From the IMG/VR virus record IMGVR_UViG_3300017761_003320, positions 32,001 through 96,000 of that record: a stretch of 64,000 bases of DNA; one strand, 5' to 3'. Numbering within the stretch: position 1 is the first letter of the stretch; every line of letters begins with the position of its first letter. Origin of the DNA: a virus. Positions 1 through 8,715 of the stretch are shown here, one piece after another. The notes beneath the pieces are model-generated. The model was not told the origin of the DNA and did not search any database. It saw only the letters and a list, made by a program, of their open reading frames with translations. The translations under genes and the position numbers were made by a program.

Positions 1-189
1 CATCTACATTTCACTAAGATGGCCACACAACCATGGAAGCCCCGTTGGTTTACTGGAACACCTGAAGAACATTCGCGCCCAGACCTTGTGAATGTCTGGT
101 ATGGTATGAAGGATTCGGCTAAAGCAAATGGTTATTCTGTGCAATTACCGAATACACCATTTGTGCCTTATAGGATTATAGGAAGATGA
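1..189 (+). CDS. 3' end of a glycosyltransferase (GT8-like), partial
   Basis: Frame 1 reads HLHFTKMATQPWKP...GR*; HFT..QPW is typical of GT8-like C-termini; stop overlaps the next ATG (ATGA). Confidence 0.55.
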   Translation, partial: HLHFTKMATQPWKPRWFTGTPEEHSRPDLVNVWYGMKDSAKANGYSVQLPNTPFVPYRIIGR

Positions 190-968
190 CACTTTTTGAC
201 GCGGTCGAGACTCCAGATAAGCTATGTGTGATGACATCATGCGACCAAGCTTATCTGGAGTCGCATGGTCCTGCTTTCGTCGCATCTAATGCAATCGCAG
301 GTAATTCGATTCATATTCATTTGATGGAAAATCCTGGAATGCGCCAGGTCAATCTTGCTAAATTGACTTCGCTCAAGCTAAGGTATAATGCGATTGCTCG
401 CGGCACTCATATGACGTTTTCAACAGAGACGTTACAGGTTCCAAAGGGTGTCAATAGCGAAACACTACGCACCTATTATGCTAGCAATAGGTTTCTTGTT
501 GCACCTCGCTTGCTATCGACTGGTTGCGCGATGTATCTGTCTGATATCGATTCTATCTTCATGGCTAAGATGGAAAAGCTTGATGCTGATGTCGGACTAT
601 TCTTGCGCGAGTCATTACCAGGTACTGTGGGTTGGGAAGCTCTCGGCACGAAGGTCGCTGCTGGTCTAGTATATTATTCAGGTAGCGAAGGTTCGCGAAA
701 CTTTGCGACAAAGGTTGAGAATAATCTAAACACCAATGGTCTTACTTGGTTCACGGATCAGGTATCGCTATATCAAGCATATACCTATTATGAGAAAAAG
801 CTAAAATTTCATACATTTGATATGTCGGTCATGGATTGGGAGTTTCGCGCAGGTTCTCCTATCTGGACTGGAAAGGGTACGCGCAAGGATCTAGATCAGA
901 GATACCTTGCAAAAAAGCTTGAGATGGAATCTAGATTACCATCAATCAAAGGAGCATTTTGGAGATGA
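186..968 (+). CDS. putative GT-A fold nucleotide-sugar transferase
   Basis: DxD motif (YLSDIDSIF), WFTDQ motif, glycosyltransferase neighbours. Confidence 0.55.
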   Translation: MTLFDAVETPDKLCVMTSCDQAYLESHGPAFVASNAIAGNSIHIHLMENPGMRQVNLAKLTSLKLRYNAIARGTHMTFSTETLQVPKGVNSETLRTYYASNRFLVAPRLLSTGCAMYLSDIDSIFMAKMEKLDADVGLFLRESLPGTVGWEALGTKVAAGLVYYSGSEGSRNFATKVENNLNTNGLTWFTDQVSLYQAYTYYEKKLKFHTFDMSVMDWEFRAGSPIWTGKGTRKDLDQRYLAKKLEMESRLPSIKGAFWR

Positions 969-1933
969 GAAAGGTATTATTCTTAGCACCACGCCTTGAC
1001 GTGATGTTTAAGGAAGGTCATGTTCCTTTAGAGCGCGGCCCTATTCCAGCTGTGCGTATGCCGTGGCATAACCTGCGGACCATGGTCGTCGAGGAGCATA
1101 AGCGCCGTGGTGATGATGTGAGAGTGCTGGAGCTTCCGCTCTGGCAATTCACACCACAGGTTGTGCAATCATTGGGTGCTGATCTTTGCTATGTACCTCA
1201 TAAGATGATCGATAATTTCCCAGTTCCAAATGTCAATGTGATGTATTATATGCAGACGGTTATTCCGTATCTGTTCACGATTGATTCTCGAGGCTGGGGT
1301 GCATCTGCATCTAATTATCCTTGCACGTCATTTCTTGAAGGTGAGACTACTGGTGTAGGATTCAATACACTCAAGGCTCGTATCTTTGAGAATTATAGCA
1401 AGTTCAAGCAGCCAGACTTTAAAGATATAAAGCTACCTAAGGACTATATTCTTTATCTATGCCAAATTCCGCATGATGAGACGATTCGTTATCATTCTAG
1501 AATCACAGTCGAACAGGCTATTGAAGCGACATGTCGTGCGACTAAGGAACTAGGATATCCTTTGGTGCTTAAAGGTCATCCTGTAAATCAAGGTGCTATG
1601 GTTCAGCTTAGACAAATTGCTGATAAATACGCGCACGCTATTTGGTTAGATGACGTATCAATCCACCAGCTTATTCCTGATGCACGGGCTGTGGTAGTGG
1701 TAAACTCTGGCACTGGCCTAGAGTCTCTGCTACATCAAAAGCCAGTCATCACTTTCGGGCGCGCCGATTATGATGTGGTTACAAACCGAGTCGAAGGCAA
1801 CAACCTGAGGGAGCTTCTGGAGAGACCCAAATTTAACCAAGAAGCCGTGAAGAAATTTATTGACAGGTGGTATGACTCCTGCTATAATACCACCTTACAC
1901 GCAGGAAACGACAGCTTTACCAAGCTACCTTAG
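965..1933 (+). CDS. KpsS/KpsC-like capsule biosynthesis protein (beta-Kdo transferase-like)
   Basis: Motifs LCQIPHD, LKGHP, VNSGTGLESLLHQKPVITFG of the Capsule_synth family. Confidence 0.7.
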   Translation: MRKVLFLAPRLDVMFKEGHVPLERGPIPAVRMPWHNLRTMVVEEHKRRGDDVRVLELPLWQFTPQVVQSLGADLCYVPHKMIDNFPVPNVNVMYYMQTVIPYLFTIDSRGWGASASNYPCTSFLEGETTGVGFNTLKARIFENYSKFKQPDFKDIKLPKDYILYLCQIPHDETIRYHSRITVEQAIEATCRATKELGYPLVLKGHPVNQGAMVQLRQIADKYAHAIWLDDVSIHQLIPDARAVVVVNSGTGLESLLHQKPVITFGRADYDVVTNRVEGNNLRELLERPKFNQEAVKKFIDRWYDSCYNTTLHAGNDSFTKLP

Positions 1934-1943
1934 GGGATATGAG

Positions 1944-2300
1944 ATGAGCAAATACTGGGGGTACCACCTGATCCTTGACTGTGCGGGCTGTGACCCGCAA
2001 TCCATTAAGGATTATGATAACATTTATAATTTTGCCAATCGACTGGTCGATGATATCGATATGGTTGCATATGGCGAGCCGCAAATTGTAAATTTTGGTA
2101 GCGGTAATAAGGCTGGCTATACCCTGGTTCAGCTTATCGAGACATCTAATATCTGTGCTCATTTTGTAAATGAGACAAATGACATCTATCTGGATGTATT
2201 CTCATGCAAGCCGTATGATCAAGCTACGGTTGAACGACTAGTAGGCGACTATTTTAAGCCTCAGAGTATTCGTAAGACTTATATTACACGGCAGGCGTGA
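1944..2300 (+). CDS. speD: S-adenosylmethionine decarboxylase-like proenzyme (variant)
   Basis: GYHLILD, LIETSNICAHF, YLDVFSCK; cleavage motif is ETS rather than ESH; start taken at ATG 1944. Confidence 0.75.
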   Translation: MSKYWGYHLILDCAGCDPQSIKDYDNIYNFANRLVDDIDMVAYGEPQIVNFGSGNKAGYTLVQLIETSNICAHFVNETNDIYLDVFSCKPYDQATVERLVGDYFKPQSIRKTYITRQA

Positions 2301-2301
2301 T

Positions 2302-2715
2302 ATGAGCGCGGTGCTTCACGTCCCGTCCGTCAAGCGACTCGGCCGACATGTAATCGCCGAGTTCTGGGATGTCGAGCCTAACGTATTATGTGGGGTTGGC
2401 TTGCTAGAGTCAATCTTTGTAGATGCTTGCCGTGAGTCAGGCGCAACTGTTCTCCATAGCAATTTTCATGGCTTTGGAGAAGGTTGCGGCGTGACTGGTG
2501 TAGTGATTCTTTCTGAGAGTCATGCATCTGTTCACACCTGGCCTGAATATGGTTATGCAGCTGTGGATGTATTCATGTGTGGTTCATGTGATCCAAACAT
2601 TGCTGTGAAAGCCATCTATAATCGTCTGGCAGAGGCCAATGGCAAATATGCCATAGGTTCTGAAAGCCACACATTTCATCGTGGTATCCTAGAGCAGATT
2701 GAAATTACACATTGA
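2302..2715 (+). CDS. speD: S-adenosylmethionine decarboxylase proenzyme
   Basis: GRHVIAE, GVTGVVILSESHASVHTWPEYGYAAVDVFMCG canonical motif. Confidence 0.9.
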   Translation: MSAVLHVPSVKRLGRHVIAEFWDVEPNVLCGVGLLESIFVDACRESGATVLHSNFHGFGEGCGVTGVVILSESHASVHTWPEYGYAAVDVFMCGSCDPNIAVKAIYNRLAEANGKYAIGSESHTFHRGILEQIEITH

Positions 2716-2740
2716 CATCCCTCTAGAAATCATATAGTAT
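2712..2740 (+). promoter_or_regulatory. sigma70-type promoter
   Basis: TTGACA-17bp-TAGTAT. Confidence 0.6.
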
Positions 2741-2746
2741 AGTACC

Positions 2747-2908
2747 ATGAGCAAACAGACGCAAACACGTAAATTCCGAGTCCGCACCTCTGAGGGTCGG
2801 GTATATATCGTAGAGAAATATGGCTTCTCTGTGACTTGCACGTGCAAGGGGTTTGGTTATCGTAACAAGTGTAAGCACTCTGATGCTATTAAGTGTTTTC
2901 CGGGTTAG
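2747..2908 (+). CDS. small SWIM zinc-finger protein (53 aa, not in ORF track)
   Basis: MSKQTQ...VTCTCKGFGYRNKCKHSDAIK; CxC-x7-CxH; stop overlaps tRNA-Asn. Confidence 0.7.
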   Translation: MSKQTQTRKFRVRTSEGRVYIVEKYGFSVTCTCKGFGYRNKCKHSDAIKCFPG

Positions 2909-2974
2909 CTCAGTTGGTAGAGCAAGGGACTGTTAATCCCTGGGTCGCTGGTTCGAGTCCAGCACCCGGAGCCA
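2899..2974 (+). tRNA. tRNA-Asn(GTT)
   Basis: TCCGGGT/ACCCGGA acceptor, GTT anticodon, TTCGAG loop, CCA. Confidence 0.95.
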
Positions 2975-2978
2975 TATA

Positions 2979-3467
2979 ATGATAATACATGAAAGCAAGC
3001 GAATGTCAAAAACTGCCCGTAATATGGCTGTGGCTTTAGGTACAGCCGGTGAGATCCTAGTCGCAACCCTCCTAAAAGAAGAGGGTCGACATGTCGAGAT
3101 GTCTCATGATCAATATGATAGAGTTAAGGACATGTTGGTTGACGGTGTACAGAATGTTGAGGTCAAGACGCAGGTTCCTTTTATCAAGGAAAATGCTATG
3201 ACCTTTAGGCCAGATCAATTGGCTAAATGCACTAATGCTGACGAATTGTATTTCGTTCTAGTCTCTGCACCAAAACATAAGTATCATTATAGTGGTTGGG
3301 TAATGAAAGTTACAGAACCTAAGAATCTAGCAATTAGAGAATATCATACCAAAGACGGCCGCGACATGTTATTGGTTGATATTGATCAGCCTGCGGTGCA
3401 GCTTTGGAAACGTATTCCTAAGCAACATTTGTCTTTGATGAATAATCTTACGGTATCAAAATATTGA
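2979..3467 (+). CDS. putative PD-(D/E)XK nuclease-fold protein
   Basis: GxxGE helix followed by D...VEVKT motif. Confidence 0.5.
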   Translation: MIIHESKRMSKTARNMAVALGTAGEILVATLLKEEGRHVEMSHDQYDRVKDMLVDGVQNVEVKTQVPFIKENAMTFRPDQLAKCTNADELYFVLVSAPKHKYHYSGWVMKVTEPKNLAIREYHTKDGRDMLLVDIDQPAVQLWKRIPKQHLSLMNNLTVSKY

Positions 3468-3679
3468 CGATATATTTCAGACCACCAACTTCACATCCAA
3501 GGGCTGGCGAAAAAGTAAAACTGAAAAAGCCTGATGGTCGATTGATTGATGCTGAGATACATTGGGTATATGGCCAAGACAAGTATTTTTTAGTCTCTGT
3601 CAAAGATAAGAAATATGAAGAAGGTCTTACGTTTGAAGTTACTTCTGTAAAAAATATAGAATTTATTACAGATACATAG
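3464..3679 (+). CDS. hypothetical protein
   Basis: ORF fills the gap between genes. Confidence 0.5.
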   Translation: MTIYFRPPTSHPRAGEKVKLKKPDGRLIDAEIHWVYGQDKYFLVSVKDKKYEEGLTFEVTSVKNIEFITDT

Positions 3680-3685
3680 GGTTAA

Positions 3686-3760
3686 GCTGGGTTAGCACAA
3701 CGGTAGTGCAACGGTTTTGTAAACCGTAGGTTGGGGGTTCGAATCCCTCACCCAGCACCA
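3686..3760 (+). tRNA. tRNA-Thr(TGT)
   Basis: GCTGGGT/ACCCAGC acceptor, ACGGT-TTTGTAA-ACCGT arm, CCA. Confidence 0.95.
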
Positions 3761-3778
3761 TAGAAAGGTGCGCGCCAT

Positions 3779-4327
3779 ATGCCTAATAAGTTTGAAACTG
3801 AATTTTCAAAATATAAATGTGATAAGCATTATCACAGATACCATGAATATTATAATGAGATCATAGGCGATTCTATGGTCAAATCTATTCTTGAAATTGG
3901 TGTTGCATATGGCGCTTCTTTAAAAGCTTGGAGATCGATATGGCCTGAAGCCACAGTAGAGGGTGTTGATCTATTTCGGCAATATGATCCAAATCTGGAA
4001 AATGATTTTAAAATTTACAATTTGGATTCAACAGATAAAGCACAAGCTGATCTAATTGATAAGACATATGATATCATAGTCGATGATGGTTGTCATGATT
4101 GGCTTCAACAGCTAACAACTTTTAATAATTACAAAGATAAAGTCAATAAATTTTATGTAATTGAAGATGTGAAAGGCGCCCGCTCACTTGATAATTTAGT
4201 GCGGCGCCTTCCTGTGGATCTATCAAAGGATAGAATTTTTATATCCCATGGACATCAACGTGAATTTGAAGTTGATGGTGTTACAAAGAAGGATTCTTAT
4301 CGAATCATATTCATTGATATGAGATAA
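3779..4327 (+). CDS. class I SAM-dependent methyltransferase (sugar O-methyltransferase-like)
   Basis: ILEIGVAYGASL and DIIVDDGCH motifs. Confidence 0.8.
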   Translation: MPNKFETEFSKYKCDKHYHRYHEYYNEIIGDSMVKSILEIGVAYGASLKAWRSIWPEATVEGVDLFRQYDPNLENDFKIYNLDSTDKAQADLIDKTYDIIVDDGCHDWLQQLTTFNNYKDKVNKFYVIEDVKGARSLDNLVRRLPVDLSKDRIFISHGHQREFEVDGVTKKDSYRIIFIDMR

Positions 4328-4360
4328 TTAGTTAATCCATGATTTTTGATAAAACATGAT

Positions 4361-5488
4361 CTAAATTAAAGCACTCTTGTGGCTATTGATTCCGCATTTG
4401 GCAATGCATACTGCGGTCTTGCCACAAGATATGCTTTTCTTGTACCAGCTTATTTCAATTTCTTCGAATATGCCACTTTCAAATATATTTTCAATGCTAT
4501 TGATATTTAAATCATTAAAATCTTTACCGAATTGTTCATACATCTGAATAAGCTGTTGACCTTTAGAATCACCAGGTAAATTAATAGTACTGGCGATATA
4601 GCAACATGGATATAATCTACCTTTGTAATCAATGTATATTGATTTTTTACCTGAATTTACTTTACAAGAGATTTTATCATTACCATATCGATTTTCTAAT
4701 GATTTATAATCATCTGATGATATTTCAAATCTAGTCGGTCTGGTTATCTTTTTTACCAATTTCATTGAGGTTTCCATAAGATCATGACTAATATCATTAT
4801 TGTCATTTTCTGACGGGTATATTACATGAGTCAGATTCAAATTTTTATCATATACTGGCCAATTAGTTACACCATTTTTACCCATTGTAGAAAATCTATC
4901 AGTTAATCTTTGGGAAAAAGTTGTCACATTCCATTCTTTAGAAAGTGACTTAGCTTCATTGATTTGATGTTTATTATGACGAAATACATTCATAATCCAG
5001 GCTGAATGATTTCTTTTGCCTAATTTTATTGATTCTTCTGTATATGTTTTAACATTTCTTTCTAATAAATCCCAATTAACAAATTGTCGGTATAGATGAT
5101 TAGTGTCCCTAAGACCATCTATACCAAAATCACATTTATCCACTAAATGTGCTATATCAGTCCAGAATTTCTTATCTCTAGCACCGCCATTGGTGCTTAA
5201 GGTGATATGAATATTAGGATTTATTGATCTAATATATTTTACTATCGGAATAAAGTCTTTATTCACAATCGCATCGCCATAATTACCACAAAAATGAATA
5301 AGTTTTATATTGGATAAAAGACTATGCTGTAATATATTTTTAGCTGAGGATAATGTCATATCTACACTACCAATATCTTCTCTTAATAGTGTAGTATAAT
5401 TATAATATCTAGGACACATTGGACATCCAGCATTACATTTTGTGGTTATTTCAAGATGCAGATGTGTTAAATCATGTAATGAATACAA
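4361..5488 (-). CDS. radical SAM protein with SPASM/twitch domain
   Basis: CNAGCPMC motif; C-terminal C...GRLYPCC...CxxxC. Confidence 0.9.
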   Translation of the reverse strand: MYSLHDLTHLHLEITTKCNAGCPMCPRYYNYTTLLREDIGSVDMTLSSAKNILQHSLLSNIKLIHFCGNYGDAIVNKDFIPIVKYIRSINPNIHITLSTNGGARDKKFWTDIAHLVDKCDFGIDGLRDTNHLYRQFVNWDLLERNVKTYTEESIKLGKRNHSAWIMNVFRHNKHQINEAKSLSKEWNVTTFSQRLTDRFSTMGKNGVTNWPVYDKNLNLTHVIYPSENDNNDISHDLMETSMKLVKKITRPTRFEISSDDYKSLENRYGNDKISCKVNSGKKSIYIDYKGRLYPCCYIASTINLPGDSKGQQLIQMYEQFGKDFNDLNINSIENIFESGIFEEIEISWYKKSISCGKTAVCIAKCGINSHKSALI

Positions 5489-6145
5489 TCAGTTGACCCA
5501 TTCTACTGGAATTGGTTGTTTTTGCTTAGTCGGAAACATGAAATCTTCAATCTGATGAATACGACGATTGCGAGTCTTATCAGCAATTCCAATTCCCATT
5601 AGTAGCAATGGTCGTCCCTTTATATTCATTTCTTTTTGAACTTCATTGGATATAAAGCAAGTGCAGCATCCAGTCGCATAACCCATTAGAGATGCGGTAA
5701 GATTTAAATATCCAGCGGCCACACCAATAGCCATCATTCTATCTTTTTCGATAAGTTTTAGATCACTGTCTTTCGCTGTTCCATTTGTCAGATCAATAAC
5801 TTGTTCATTACGACCAGCATCCTGAGCCTTTGATAGATCAAGATATTCTTCAAATACGATCAATAAGTTAGCAAGCACTTGAGCATTTGTTGTATATTCG
5901 GTCTTGTCGCGAGTTTCACCATGCTTCATCACAAAACCCTTTGTGTGTCCATGGATTCGCTCGATAAGATCACGGTTGGTTACAAAATGTAATTTATAAA
6001 ATGCAATATTTTGTTTGCTTGGGCATTGTGTGGCCGCAATCATTAAGGTGTCCAAATCATCTTCAGGCATTTCTTGGGTAAGATCCCAATTACGCTGACA
6101 ATGTTGACTCTTAAAAATCGATTTTTTTATGGCGACATGATCCAT
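5489..6145 (-). CDS. nitroreductase family protein
   Basis: QHCQRNWD, AATQCPSKQN, LTASLMGYATGCC; start after GGGAG RBS; GATAAATA late-like promoter upstream. Confidence 0.75.
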   Translation of the reverse strand: MDHVAIKKSIFKSQHCQRNWDLTQEMPEDDLDTLMIAATQCPSKQNIAFYKLHFVTNRDLIERIHGHTKGFVMKHGETRDKTEYTTNAQVLANLLIVFEEYLDLSKAQDAGRNEQVIDLTNGTAKDSDLKLIEKDRMMAIGVAAGYLNLTASLMGYATGCCTCFISNEVQKEMNIKGRPLLLMGIGIADKTRNRRIHQIEDFMFPTKQKQPIPVEWVN

Positions 6146-6209
6146 TTTTAGTCGGCTCCCATACTTTGCCTTTGACATATTTATCCGAATCTGTTATATA
6201 GTACTACAT

Positions 6210-6297
6210 GGAAGGGTGGCCGAGCGGTTTAAGGCACCGCACTTGAAATGCGACGATCTGAAAAGATCCGTGAGTTCGAATCTCACCCCTTCCGCCA
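6210..6297 (+). tRNA. tRNA-Ser(TGA)
   Basis: Cloverleaf with long variable arm, CCA. Confidence 0.95.
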
Positions 6298-6303
6298 AAA
6301 TTT

Positions 6304-6393
6304 GGAAAGATGGCTGAGAGGCCTAAAGCACTCGGTTGCTAACTGAGCGGTCTAGAAATAGATCCGTGGGTTCGAATCCCACTCTTTCCGCCA
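6304..6393 (+). tRNA. tRNA-Ser(GCT)
   Basis: Cloverleaf with long variable arm, CCA. Confidence 0.95.
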
Positions 6394-6401
6394 AGTTTTG
6401 T

Positions 6402-6474
6402 GGGGAATTAGCTCAGATGGTAGAGCGCCTGCTTTGCAAGCAGGTGGTCAGCGGTTCGATTCCGCTATTCTCCA
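6402..6474 (+). tRNA. tRNA-Ala(TGC)
   Basis: GGGGAAT/ATTCTCC acceptor with G3:U70, TGC anticodon. Confidence 0.95.
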
Positions 6475-6477
6475 TAT

Positions 6478-6554
6478 GCCTGTGTAGCCCAACTGGTAGA
6501 GGCACTAGACTTAGGATCTAGCAAGTGTAGGTTCAAATCCTATCACAGGTACCA
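6478..6554 (+). tRNA. tRNA-Leu(TAG), short variable arm
   Basis: CTAGA-CTTAGGA-TCTAG arm, CCA. Confidence 0.9.
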
Positions 6555-6557
6555 TTA

Positions 6558-6629
6558 GCCCGGTTAGCTCAGCGGTAGAGCAACTCCTTTACACGGAGAA
6601 GGTCGGCGGTTCAATCCTGTCACCGGGTA
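6558..6629 (+). tRNA. tRNA-Val(TAC)
   Basis: GCCCGGT/ACCGGGT acceptor, TTTACAC loop. Confidence 0.9.
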
Positions 6630-6650
6630 TACCATACATAAGGATTGAAT

Positions 6651-6809
6651 ATGAATTATTCTGTTGATATGATGAAGCGAGCCGTATTTCATGATGAACT
6701 CGTAAATGTGATTAATACCATGCCAATTGAAAATGTTGATGCGAATATTGTGGCTGTGAAAGAATATCTCACACGCAGACTAAAAGAATTTGATCGCAAA
6801 TATAAATAA
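6651..6809 (+). CDS. small hypothetical protein (52 aa, not in ORF track)
   Basis: MNYSVDMMKRAVFHDEL...RKYK* after AAGGA RBS. Confidence 0.5.
   Translation: MNYSVDMMKRAVFHDELVNVINTMPIENVDANIVAVKEYLTRRLKEFDRKYK
6801..6808 (+). promoter_or_regulatory. T4-type late promoter
   Basis: Exact TATAAATA about 24 bp upstream of the csgF start; gp33 is encoded in this window. Confidence 0.8.
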
Positions 6810-6831
6810 GGTCGATATCATAGGAGGTACC

Positions 6832-7272
6832 ATGAAAAGATTGGTAGTCCTTGCTATGTTTTTTGCTCCTATGTCTAATGCGAGTGAGCTTACCCATTCT
6901 TTTAATTCACCATCGTTTAATGGCGCGGGCTATAGTTCCCACGTTTTGACGATTTATCAGCTTGAGCAAGCTGCAAAGCAGCGCCAAGAAGATCGCCGCA
7001 GGCAAGAAATTGCCGCGGCTCTTCGTGCTGAGCAAAACAGTCCAGGTAATCAGTTTATGCAGGCCTTCCAGTCGCTTGTATATTCACAGCTTGCAAAAAG
7101 CATGTCTGAACAGTTATTCGGTGAAACACCTCAGAATAACGGCAGTCTTTCCTTTAGCAATGTTACTATAGCTTGGGTTCGATCTGGTTCTGAAGTATCC
7201 ATGACGATCAATGATCGATCAACCAATTCTGTTACAACAATAACAGTTCCCATAGGAGCCTTCGCATTTTAA
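6832..7272 (+). CDS. csgF: curli assembly component CsgF-like
   Basis: Signal peptide, then ELTHSFNSPSFNG resembling the CsgF N-terminal NPSFGG motif; AGGAGG RBS; adjacent to csgG. Confidence 0.8.
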   Translation: MKRLVVLAMFFAPMSNASELTHSFNSPSFNGAGYSSHVLTIYQLEQAAKQRQEDRRRQEIAAALRAEQNSPGNQFMQAFQSLVYSQLAKSMSEQLFGETPQNNGSLSFSNVTIAWVRSGSEVSMTINDRSTNSVTTITVPIGAFAF

Positions 7273-8045
7273 AAATCCTAGCTTTTGCTATGATGTTGGG
7301 ATTTACAGGATGCTCTTTGATAGACCAAACCACGAATCTGCTAGAAACAGAACCTGAGACGGTGAAGCCGAAGACAGATGAACTTCGTCCACCTAAGAAC
7401 GGTGTGATGACTGTTGCTGTCTATAGATTCAATGATCAGACTGGTCAGCGCCGTTATTCAGAAAGAATTGCATCACTTAGCTCCGCGGTCACACAAGGCG
7501 CTGATTCATATTTAATTCAAGCTTTACAATCAGTCGGTCGGGGCCAATGGTTTCGCGTAGTTGAGCGTGGTGGTATTGAAAATCTGCTAAGAGAACGGCA
7601 GATTATACGACAGATGCGCGAACTTTATGAAGGCCCAACAGCTAGACAAATGTCTCCACTATTGTTTGCTGGTTTGATAATTGATGGTGGTATCATAGGA
7701 TATGACACCAATATTGCTACTGGAGGTGTTGGAGCACGCGCATTTGGTATTGGTGGCTCAACCGAATATCGCACAGATTTGGTTACAGTTACTTTGCGCG
7801 CGGTCTCAGTAACCACAGGTGAGGTTTTAATCACGGTTACAACTACAAAACGTATTCATAGCTATGTTGACAAAATGGGTGTATTGAAATTTGTCAGCGG
7901 TGGTACAGTTTCATGGGAAGGCGAGGTTGGCTCATCAACAAATGATAGTGTCAATCTAGCAATACAACTGGCTATACAATCTTCTGTGCGCGAGATGGTA
8001 GAAGAAGGAGTTCGTAGAGGACTCTGGGAATATCAACCCCAATAA
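7266..8045 (+). CDS. csgG: curli secretion channel CsgG/HfaB-family lipoprotein
   Basis: VAVYRFNDQTGQR, AVTQGA, WFRVVERGGIENLLRERQIIR, GGIIGYD; lipobox FTGC; probable ATT start at 7266 (first ATG 7290). Confidence 0.92.
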   Translation: MLKILAFAMMLGFTGCSLIDQTTNLLETEPETVKPKTDELRPPKNGVMTVAVYRFNDQTGQRRYSERIASLSSAVTQGADSYLIQALQSVGRGQWFRVVERGGIENLLRERQIIRQMRELYEGPTARQMSPLLFAGLIIDGGIIGYDTNIATGGVGARAFGIGGSTEYRTDLVTVTLRAVSVTTGEVLITVTTTKRIHSYVDKMGVLKFVSGGTVSWEGEVGSSTNDSVNLAIQLAIQSSVREMVEEGVRRGLWEYQPQ

Positions 8046-8058
8046 CATAGAGGACAAA

Positions 8059-8715
8059 ATGTTTAGGTTACTAACGTTTGCCATGATGCTGCTATTTGCG
8101 GTGCCCGCGGCGGCGCAGACCAATAGCGTATACATCGATCAGATCGGTTCATCCAATGTGATCGATATCACTCAGGCTGGTTCTGGTAATCGCATAGGTG
8201 CATCAGTAACACCTAGCACGATCACAGGATCAACAAATACTGTCACCATCACACAGACTGGTGATACGAATGCGCTTGACTATTCTATAAACGGCGGAAC
8301 CAATACGGCCACACTAGCATATACTGGTAACGGTAATACTGCAACTCTGACATGCGGTAATAATACCACATCATGTAATGATGCTGCTATTACTCATACA
8401 ATTATCGGTGATGACAATATCATCAGCACATTGATGACTGGTAATGGTCTGACAAATACTCTGACCGTCACAGGAAATAGCAATAACATTTCCACAAACC
8501 AAAACGGTAATGACAAGACACAGAATATGACATTGACTGGTGATAGTAATACTATTGTGGCCACTCAAGCTGGTGTTGGTACGCATAGCTTGACAATGTC
8601 TGTCACAGGTAATTCAAATACCTATGATATTAGTCAGGCTGGTGCTGTAACAAATACGTTGGTTATCAATACACAAGGATCGAATAATAGCATCATAATT
8701 AGCCAGACTAACTAA
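8059..8715 (+). CDS. curlin-repeat protein (CsgA/CsgB-like amyloid subunit)
   Basis: Signal peptide; repeated N-x-x-x-I-x-Q-x-G-x-x-N units; G/N/T/S-rich. Confidence 0.8.
   Translation: MFRLLTFAMMLLFAVPAAAQTNSVYIDQIGSSNVIDITQAGSGNRIGASVTPSTITGSTNTVTITQTGDTNALDYSINGGTNTATLAYTGNGNTATLTCGNNTTSCNDAAITHTIIGDDNIISTLMTGNGLTNTLTVTGNSNNISTNQNGNDKTQNMTLTGDSNTIVATQAGVGTHSLTMSVTGNSNTYDISQAGAVTNTLVINTQGSNNSIIISQTN

Noticed and set aside
6336-6521. 61-aa ORF
   Set aside because: Read-through of three tRNA genes with no protein-like content
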